Shown here: positions 54,701 to 64,000 of the stretch, piece by piece
Layout of the letters: each line of letters starts with the position of its first letter
Numbering within the stretch: the stretch's first letter is position 1
Source: Eledone cirrhosa
Lineage: Eukaryota
DNA length: 64,000 nt
Assembly: GCA_964016885.1 (NCBI GenBank)
Contig: OZ024740.1
Location: forward strand, 35,030,001-35,094,000
Direction: 5' to 3'
Translations under genes and position numbers: made by a program
Notes under the pieces: model-generated
What the model was told of the DNA's origin: nothing
Seen by the model: the letters and a program-made list of their open reading frames with translations, nothing else
Databases searched by the model: none

Positions 54701-56133
54701 TAGCCGATAAATCTTTCGATTTCTTCTTTTTCTTCTTTTTATTTTTTATTTTTATTTTTATTTAAACATTCTTCATGAAAAATTAAGCTACCCTAAAAGT
54801 TGATGCTCCAAATATTTCGAATAAACGTTACACTAGATAAACTTCTATATTAAATATAAGAACACATGTAGTCCAAATGGGCATCCTAAACTTTTTGAAA
54901 TGATCTTTGCTAGATGCGATTTGATAAATAATTTTTAGCTTTATCTGTTTTTCGACTCTGATGCTTATAATGAACTTGGCAATATATTGTCAATTAATTT
55001 TGAAGGGTTGATCTTTGTAGTTTATTTTTATTATTGTAGTATTTTCTAATATTTTTATTTTTAATATTTTTAATATGTAATATTTTTAATATGTAATATT
55101 CTTTCGTAATATTTTTTAGTTTTCTATTTTATTATTACTTATTATTATTATTATTGTTGGTTTTGGTTTTGTTTCTGATATATATTTTTATTAGTATATT
55201 GAAATCTGCTCTCTATTTCTGCTTGATAGATAATCTTGTAGAGTAAAGACAGGAATAGTAGTAATATTGACTCTATATATATTTGTGTGTATATATATAC
55301 ACATATATGTATACTTAAATTTTTATAGCACAATGAGAATGTTTTCCGTGAACTTAGGGTTTGCAGAGTTGATCATGTAAATTCACATAGATGTTTGTAG
55401 TTATCACATAAACATATGAATTTTTTTTAAAACTAAACATAAGATCATTACTTTTCACACATTATGGATACATGTCTCATTCAGGAATACTGATATTTAC
55501 AATATAGTGGCTGGTTTTTATACATACTAATACCTCTACATTAAAACATAGGGTTTTTATGCCTCGCCTATGTCTGGTTATTTTTAATTTTTAATTTTTC
55601 TCTCTATATAACAGCTGGTTTCTCTCCTAACCACATATATCTCCCTTACATTAATACTAGAGCTAAATAAATAAATAAATAAATAAATAAATGTATCATT
55701 GATACGTTTACTCAACGGACGTCCCACTACCTAGTTTTCTATATATATATATCTATCTCTATTTCCTCTCTCTCTCTCTCTATATATATATCTCTCTGTC
55801 TCTTAACATGAAGTTCTTCTTTTTATCTATCTTTCCATCTCTCTATTTTGTTCCATGCATTTCTTCTTTTTTCTTCTTTTTCTTCGTTTTCTGTCTTTCT
55901 TTCCTTTTTTCTCTCTTTCTTTCTCTCTGTGTACAATTTTTTCACTGCCAATTCAACTTTTCAAATACAAGTCGATGTTGTTACGGTATGTCAAATCTAT
56001 TTATTTATAAAACTGTTTATATTGTATTTTGTCTGAGGAAGGCATAGCATATTGTTAATATGATATCCCTGAAATATATATAATGAAATAAATATGGTTT
56101 TATAAATATAGTTTCCATTTATTTAATATTGTA
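51701..56133 (-). mobile_element. Penelope-like element with ~1.54-kb inverted arms flanking a truncated RT/GIY-YIG core
   Basis: 51701-53247 is the reverse complement of 54603-56133. The core encodes FDITMGSSDSAQVTDLV, GLYRDDML, VNFLDITLNL, IIWF.PPF, CNCR..CPL..CL, IVY..YVGST..FKLRYNNH and CDLCAEE..LN.R; ORF stop at 53184; frameshift in the G-run at about 53830-53843. Confidence 0.92.
56025..56090 (+). ncRNA. Minimal type I hammerhead ribozyme in the PLE arm (mirror on - strand 51744-51809)
   Basis: TATTTTGT-CTGAGGA-[AGGCATAGCATATT gtt AATATGATATCCCT]-GAAA-TATATA-TA^-ATGAAATA. Confidence 0.8.
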
Positions 56134-56307
56134 AATATACTCCAAATACTTGTCGAGTGCTTTTATATCAGTTATAAATATTTACTAGTTGTAACCCAAC
56201 AATTTAAATATAACTTTCCATGTATATATATATATATATTGTTATACTTTGGGAGGGTCATGTTGCCAAAATTCAGAAACGAAATATATATATATATATT
56301 TATATTT

Positions 56308-59300
56308 AATCGGTCGTTTTGACCTGGTCGATAGATATCGACTAGATTTTCCGACTGCGCCAACCTCGACTTGGGCAAACCGCAGCGGATCATCTAGGTC
56401 GTACCTAATAGGTTCTTAGTTAGAAATAATGATAAGGACATTTTAAGTTGTCCAAAAATGCTCATGGTTGGCTATTCAGACCACAAGTTAGTGACCTGCA
56501 TGGTCAACCTTGACAGAACGCATAGACAGGGACCCGGTTACTGGAAGCTCAACTTGTCCTTACCGGCAAGTAAGGCTTACAGGGACCGGATTAACACTTT
56601 AGTTAAGGAGCGGTTGACGGGCGCCATCGTCAACAGCAGGCGGTGGGGATCTCTCAAAAGAGAGATTAGAGTAGTATCTATAGAATTTAGTAAGGAGTTA
56701 GCCTCAAATAAAAATAGGAAGGAAAGGGAGTTGGTAGATAGTGTAGAAGAGGCAATTAGAAGCGGCGACGTGGCCAGAGTGCTAGCGTCGAGAACGGCCC
56801 TGGGCCAGTTTTTCGACGCGAAACACGAAGGTTGCATCGTCCGAACAAAATACGTGCTCTGGGAAACGAGGGGACCAAAGCTGTTAGCTGGGCCCGCTTG
56901 ACAGAAGCCAAAAGAGGGAGTAGATCCACTATCCGGTCTTTGCGAGACCAGGATGGACTGGTGATCCTTGAACCTAAGCAGATGTGTAAGGCTTTTCAAA
57001 AGCACTTTGCCAGATTGTTCGGAAGGGGCGGGGAACCGGTTGGGAAATGGACTTCGGTCCATACCTCGACGGCCTGCCGCGTCTCTGGGACAGAGAGGCG
57101 AAGTCCTGCGAAGAGCCGATTTCAGCCGCTGAGATAGAGGACGTGCTGAGCCAATGCGGCAAACGCAAATCCCTGGGTCTCGGGGTCTTCCATACGAACT
57201 ATATCTAGCTATGCCGGACTTGTTCCCCGATCTCCTCGAGGGGGTCTACTGCAACTGGCAACAGAACGGGAGAATTCCCTGTGCTGTGACCAAGGGTGTA
57301 GTCACGCTAGTGAGGAAGGACGAGAACAAGGGGGACGATATAAATAATTTTAGGCCCATAACTCTGCTAAATACAGAGTTACAGATTTTGGCCAAGGTGC
57401 TAGCAAAGAGGTTGGCGCTTGTCGTGGGCAACCTGGTGGGAGATGCGCAGACATGTGCTATCCAGTCCAGGTCCATCCACGACAACCTTTACCTCATGCG
57501 ATACATCATAGAGAGGGTTGGGAATGAACCCGACTTTGGTGGGGCCCTGATCAACTTGGATCAATCTAAGGCGTTCGATAGGGTCGACCATGGTTACCTG
57601 GATGCGGTGTTAGCGGCGGCAGGCTTCGGACCCGTTTTCAGGGGCTGGATCACTGCCGTGCACAGCAGCCGCATCTGCTCTAAGGTCAAGGTGAACGGCT
57701 ACCTCTCGGAGTCGTTCAAAATCGCGCGGTCCATCCGATAAGGGTGCCTTCTCTCCTCCCTTCTGTATGTAATGACTCTAGAGCCAATCTGCGGAAGCTG
57801 GAGTTGTTGCAGGGCATCCCGTTGGAACCGGGATTACGGAAAGCGGTGTCGGCCTACGCCGATGACGTAACAGTAATGGTGTCGACGGCCTCGGAAATCG
57901 GGGCGATCGGTACCTTACTGGAGGAGTACGAAAGGTTTACAGGGGCTAAGCTGAACCGGGACAAGTTGATCGGTCTGCAACTCGGCACGTGGAGGGGCAG
58001 ATCGATGCCCTCCGATGGCGTCGTCGGGCGCTGGACGGAGGGCCCGGTGAAGTTGCTCGGGGTCTGGTTCGGACCAGACCTCCAGGTGGAGAAGAACTGG
58101 GGTGAGGTAACGAACAGGGTGTTTGCACTGACTCAGAAGTGGGCCGAGTGCAAACTGTCCCTGAAAGGTCGGGCGGAGGTGGCAAACACTTATATAGCAT
58201 CCGTCATCTACTACTTCATGACCGTCGTGCCTTGCCCAAGGGAAACGCTCGCCAAAATGGAGTGCGCACTCTTCCAATTTCTTTGGAAGAAGCGAGCTCC
58301 TATGGCGAGGAGATCCATCTGCTGTCAACATCCTTCGAAAGGAGGGCTGGGGATGCCGTGGCTAATGATACGTAAACACGCATTAAGGCTACGGCACCTC
58401 CAGGTATTCCTCACCGGTCAACCGGTGTGGGCCCCGTTTGTGAGGCGAGCCTTTCGCAGACTCGTCTCGCTCACCGAGCTGCAATCCTGGGTCAAGCAAA
58501 GACCGAGAAAACTGGGCGCCTGGCACACCGAGTGTGCCCAGGTGCTCACGGCTCTCTGGCAGGCGGGCCCGGCTTCTCAGTGGAGAATCCACCTCGTCAT
58601 TCTATAGAGGGCTGGTGGTTAGCAGGTGCGACGACGCCCTGGGAGAAGCCCTAGGCATGGAGGAAGACAAACTGGCCAACCTGTTCGGTAGGACATTTAG
58701 CCCGGGACCCATGGACAACTTCCAGAGGTCCCTGGCCTGGCAGTGCTACTGAGGGGCTCTGTCCGTTCGAGAAAGGCTCTACAGACACGGTCGCCCGGGT
58801 AGGGACCCCTCGAAAAAGATCTGTCCCAGATGCGTTGGCAACGAGGAAACCGTTGCACACGCATTGGTACACTGCTCGGGCATTGCCGATCTGTGGGGTT
58901 ATGTCGAACAACTGCTGTCAAGGGTGGGACCGATCCGGTTGACCATCGAGTCTATTGTAACGATCAAGCTGCCTCCCCTCTTCAAAAACGAAGGAGAGGC
59001 GGTGTTTATGTGCGTAATAGCCATGGCGAAAGAGGTTGTATGGTGGACGCGTCTGAAAGGACTGAGGTCAGACACCTTTCTCTCTGGCCAACAACTGGTC
59101 CGTTTCTTCCGATATCATTTCGGATGAAGGATCAAGATGGAGAGAGAGGTGCTGCACCCCAGCCGTTTTTATGAAAGATGGGTGAAAGTGGCGAGAATGG
59201 CCCGTGTGAATGGGCCTTCACTCTACATCAGACTATAGGTGAGGAAGATGAAAGATCAAGGGAGCACCCCCCCCCCTCTGTGTTCCTCAGAAGAAGGGTT

Positions 59301-59501
59301 GCAGACTTTTTTCGGGGGCGTGTGCGAACCCCCAAGGCGCCTCCTCCCTCTTGAGGATTTTGTTATTAAATTTATTTTTGTTATATTTTATTTTTTATAT
59401 CTTGTTATTGCCTCCTCCTTAGTGAGGACGCCTTTTTATGTAAACTCCTCCCATTGTACTTGTCCCACTTTTTGATGCCCTGGTAGCAAATAAAAAGAAA
59501 G

Positions 59502-59502
<1 letters not shown>
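56308..59502 (+). mobile_element. 5'-truncated Tx1/L1-clade LINE ORF2 pseudogene
   Basis: EN end (TW..RSY..SDHKLV..GPGYWKLNLSL), RT (NFRPITLLNTELQILAKVLAKRL, LDQSKAFDRVDH, AYADDV, LSLKGRA, GGLGMP), zinc finger CPRC..ETVAHALVHC and 3' AATAAA. Several frameshifts and stops; flanked by (TA)n. Confidence 0.92.
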
Positions 59503-59536
<34 letters not shown>

Positions 59537-59542
<6 letters not shown>

Positions 59543-60452
59543 TAAAGTTAGTCCTTCACCAATGATCTTCCAACCATCATTAGTATTTCATTGCTTTAAA
59601 GACCATATACCTCCGGTTGGTGCGAGCAACGACTAAAGAAAGTCGTTGGGACACGTAAAAAAGGGGAACGAGCGAGAATGTAAACAAACAAAGATGGTGA
59701 AGCAGCGAAACGTGAGGAAGAAAGAGTCAAGTCCCAGGTTTCCATGAATATAAGTTCGGTGAAATCGTGAACGAGAGAGAATAAAGACCACCAAACCTAG
59801 TCGAAATGTGAGCAAGGAAGGAATTCCGCACAGGTCAAACGGGAGGAAAAAGGAGTCCAGTCCGTGAATTCGGTGAACATAAGTTCTGTAAAATCGTAGA
59901 CGTGAGAGAGAAAAGGGGAACCAGCCTGGTCAAGCGTGCGAGAGAAAAGAATTACGCACAGGTCAAATGGGATGAAGTAGGAGAGGTAGTAGCAGAGAGT
60001 GAGTGAGTGAAGGGTGTGGAAGAGGCTAACAGAGAGAGTGACTGTTAGAGAGGGTAAAGATACAGAGAAAGAGGAAGCAGTAAGAACGAAATAGACGGGT
60101 CACAGCGGGGAAAATATATGTGTGAATATGAGAACAAACGTGCTGCGTGGTTGCAAATGGGTTACATATGAATAAAGTTAGTCCTTCATCAGTGATCTTC
60201 CAACCATCATTGGTATTTCATCGCTTTAAAGACCATATACCTCCGGTTGGTGCGAGCAACGGCTAAAGAAAGTCGTTGGGACACGTAAAAAAGGGGAACG
60301 AGCGAGAATGTAAACAAACAAAGATGGTGAAGCAACGAAAAGTGAGGAAGAAAGAGTCAAGTCCCAGGTTTCCATGAATATAAGTACGGTGAAATCGTGA
60401 ACGAGAGAGAATACAGACCATCAAACCTAGTCGAAATGTGAGCAAGGAAGGA
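59537..60452. repeat. Partial tandem repeat: 630-bp unit followed by a ~286-bp repeat of its start, flanked by (TA)n
   Basis: 59537-59822 is near-identical to 60167-60452 (ORFs 59633/60263 offset by 630). Confidence 0.85.
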
Positions 60453-60453
60453 A

Positions 60454-60522
<69 letters not shown>

Positions 60523-60944
60523 TATAGATAGATAGATAGATACATATGTTTCTTCTGTGTGTTTCATAGAACAATGAAAAGAGTATAGAAGTCAGACGTA
60601 TGTAGTTGGTTAGTTCATTGTTTTATGATCGTTTCAGGGGGTCGATTGATTGTAGGAAATCTATGTATCGACTAGCCTTGTGGTGATTAATCTACTACTT
60701 ATTTCTAGTCCAGAAATCCTTACGCAGGAAAGAGCACTACCACAGCCAACTCTAAGCTTTCTGGAGACGTATGAAAAGTAATTAAGTATTGCATATGATT
60801 GAACAATATATATTGTAGACAGCATATATAGACTATTATAAAAGGCAGTCACATATGTTAAAGCCAATACATTCTTCTACTATTTCCTCTCGTCGACGTC
60901 TATATTTTTCTTGGTGCTACACTTGTTTATATTATATCTATAAG

Positions 60945-61551
60945 AGGGATCAGATGTTGTTTACTCGAGAGAAGGCTACGTTGGACACGTGATGCGCATG
61001 AAAGTCGATAGCTGTATAACAAAGTGCAGGGCAATAAAGATAGACGGTAGCCACGGAATAGGCAGACCTAGAAAAACCTGGGACGAGCTGATAAACTCCG
61101 ACCTCACACACTTACACCTCTCCAAGACAATGTCACTGGACCGAGACCTTTGGCGGTACTCAGTAACAGAGAAGACCCGCCTTACCTAAATACATAGTAA
61201 AACCTACTACAGCCAGTAGGCATCTCTAACAAAATACCCCCCCCCCACACCCCATCCACACCACCCCGTTCTATGTAAAGTTATGTTGGTGCCGCGCCAT
61301 CCAGGCCGAAACAAATGAGATCGTGTAGGTGTCACGACTAAAAACACACAGTCCACGCTGTAATGTGGCCGTGTAGGCAACACGGTAAAAACCTCCCAGA
61401 CCCACACTGTAAATGTGGTTGGTGTTAGGAAGGGCATCCAACTGTAGAAAACCTACCAGACAGTCCTATGCGAGCAAGACAATCACTCTTGCCTCAAGTG
61501 GGAATACCTCCGTCCAAACCCATGAAAGCGTGGAACACGGACGTTAAACGT

Positions 61552-61590
<39 letters not shown>
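60945..61590 (+). mobile_element. 3' end of an RTE-clade LINE with a (GAT)n tail
   Basis: RRLRW-HVMRM....K......G....GRPRKTWDELI..DL......DRDLWR C-terminus; the 3' UTR ends GGACGTTAAACGTT(GAT)n. Confidence 0.8.
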
Positions 61591-61592
<2 letters not shown>

Positions 61593-61648
61593 TGAGTGTG
61601 TGTGTCTGTGTATAATTTTGCTTCCTGTGTTTTGTTTGTTTCATTTAT

Positions 61649-61730
<82 letters not shown>

Positions 61731-61784
61731 ATAAATGAAACAAACAAAACACAGGAAGCAAAATTATACACACACACACACACT

Positions 61785-61833
<49 letters not shown>

Positions 61834-61855
61834 GATTCTATGGGCATAATTTATA

Positions 61856-61945
<90 letters not shown>

Positions 61946-62047
61946 AGAGAGAGAGAAAAAAAGTGCATGGGTAGCAGATTCCGCAGTCTTTTCAGTGTGG
62001 CCAGATATGGCAAGAGGTACAGGGAGATTCTTTAGTAAGGCATTCCG

Positions 62048-62846
62048 TTAAGACCCCTCATTGTGGGGTCCTACCCGAATGTTTGCCTTTATTCCTGTTA
62101 CTTCCCTACTTAAAGCAGAAATCATAAGTTGCAATTCTGCAAAATCTGTACTGGTCGGTTGTTGTTGTTGTTGTTGTTGCTGCTGTTGCTGTTGTTGTTG
62201 TTGGTGGTGGTGATGATGATGTTCCTCCACGGGAATGGTAGGGGAAGACAGAGTCGCAGGTTGTTGCTGCTGGTGCTGTTGTTGTTGCTGTTGTTGTTGG
62301 TGATGATGATGTTCCTCCACAGGAATGGTAGGGGAAGACACAGTCGCAGGTTGTTGGCGGCGAGATGTACTGGGAGCTGAAGACATGGGTTGTTGTTGTT
62401 TCTTATGTTCTCCCAAAGGAATAGCAGTAGAAGCCAGTGTCATAGGTTTTTGCCGTTGTTCAGTAACAATGGTAGACGAAGATACAGACATTGGTTTTTG
62501 TTGTTGTTGTTGTTTTTCAATAAAATTAATGGAGGCAGGCACACAGGCCAGGCACTAAAAGGACCAAGATTTTAGCTGGACCATCTCCCAGATTCCATCC
62601 ATCATAGCATTATGATGTCTCTTTTTTTTGTCCTGGGATCCTCCGGAAGCCTGTGGCGCATTGAAAGCAGACAGAGATGTGACAGGTTCCACATTCGACC
62701 CAGCGATTACGGAACGAGTTTTCGGGTTCCGCACAGATATGGCAGATGTGGTTTTCTGGGCAATGTTCTATTTTGGAACATCGACCAGTTTTGTCGCATA
62801 CTTCATCGATGGATTTCACCATGGCAATTTTGTTATTTCTACCCAT
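62048..62846 (-). pseudogene. Disrupted PHD-finger / polyQ-polyH / coiled-coil ORF (resembles a transposon ORF1)
   Basis: CHIC...WVECGTCHISVCFQC, a frameshift in the A8 run (~62622-62629), then WSF*CLAC in frame with the Q/H-rich repeats and FAELQLMISALSREVTGIK. Confidence 0.55.
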
Positions 62847-63696
62847 CCGTAGAAAAACACAGAATGTAAACAATATAGGTTTAGCGCACTTGATTACGAT
62901 AGAAATAAAATGTCTGTTTTTTGTTTTGTTTTTTTGTGTATTTTGTTTCCGTTTTCCTAAATGTTGTGTGTGTACAGAAGAGTCTGTGCATGTAAACAAA
63001 TAAATATGCTGCGTAAGTTAAATGAAACGTACTGTAGAAGGCAACAGTTTATTAACAGCGAAATAAGGTTTTTTTTTCCCTGATACTGCTTCTTTATAAT
63101 AAACTTTCAATAATATTTTTCAAATTATTAACTTTCAGCTGCTAGTATATATATATAATTAAAAGGTGTATGTGGGTTAGAAGCGAAGTCAATGTTCAGA
63201 GATATTTTACCAATGTACGTAAGATTGGCCGGTATAGTGTCTCACACGAAATAGTGTGGTTTCTTTTCACGTGTGTGTATATGCATATGGTATATATCTG
63301 TATATAAATCTGTGTGTATTTGTTGTTTATATGTTTTGTGGAGTACTTACTGCGATCCCTAAGGAATGTAGTGATTTGTTTTGTTTTTTCCCTTTTACCC
63401 CGTCCATGTCCACACGTGGTTTGTTGGCGAAAATCAAGTCAAATTAAATGTACTTCGTTAAAATAATTCTATGTTGAAGCTGGTACTAGTTGTCAGGGAA
63501 CAGTCAAAGTAATTGTAATAATGAATATTGTAATCCATCTGACATGTGTTTAAAGGGCAGTTTTGGGTGAAAATATTATATTTTGTTTGGTCAAGACGTG
63601 GTCAAGCGACCTTCCTTGTCGCCATCATTATCAGTAAGCGGGGAACACTTTAATTAAAAGAAATATGCGTAAGAAATCAAATGGGCATGAGCCCCA

Positions 63697-63762
63697 CACA
63701 TATATATATACTTTATATATATATATATATACTTTATATATACATATATATACAATATATAT

Positions 63763-63831
<69 letters not shown>

Positions 63832-63885
63832 TTTATATATACATATATATATGTACATATATATATATATATATACTTTATGTAT

Positions 63886-63941
<56 letters not shown>

Positions 63942-63952
63942 TTTATATATAC

Positions 63953-64000
<48 letters not shown>
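63697..64000. repeat. Interrupted (TA)n microsatellite
   Basis: Directly visible, with recurring CTTT and CA interruptions. Confidence 0.95.

Noticed and set aside
54760-55390. SECIS candidates (ATGA...AA...GA) in the PLE 3' region
   Set aside because: Helix II pairing was poor for each candidate examined by eye.
51701-56133. DNA transposon or Polinton with long TIRs
   Set aside because: The core encodes PLE RT and GIY-YIG, not a transposase or integrase; the arm is the element's own 3' end.
60120-60195. Hammerhead at CTGATGA (minus strand)
   Set aside because: No GAAA and no credible stem II at a suitable distance.

Overview
AT-rich animal genomic DNA. The SINE/LINE repertoire and dense (TA)n/(CA)n/(CATA)n microsatellites resemble octopod cephalopod genomes (inference, not proven). 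The window lies inside one large + strand gene for a full-size ABCB/P-glycoprotein (ABCB1/MDR1-like) transporter. Seven clear exons (15387-28354; end of TMD1 and all of NBD1) and a probable 31-nt linker micro-exon (47625-47655) are visible. Almost all ORFs in the track are artefacts of tandem repeats or transposon debris. The introns hold a >14 kb 21/24-bp satellite with a 3000-bp higher-order repeat, a 58-bp minisatellite, and a 4.3-kb 21-bp minisatellite that expanded inside the endonuclease domain of a dead RTE LINE. They also hold a 2.33-kb tandem duplication, SINEs, MITEs, a non-autonomous Helitron, and RTE, R4/Dong, CRE and Tx1 LINE remnants. The most striking feature is a set of Penelope-like element (PLE) pieces carrying about a dozen minimal hammerhead-ribozyme motifs. 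Several are arranged as fold-back pairs: a 340-bp spacerless palindrome, 121-bp arms and 1.5-kb arms. They share a short downstream TACTC...(TC)GAGTGC motif and sit in (TA)n tracts. All calls were made by eye without searches; element boundaries are approximate, while exon and ribozyme coordinates were counted base by base.
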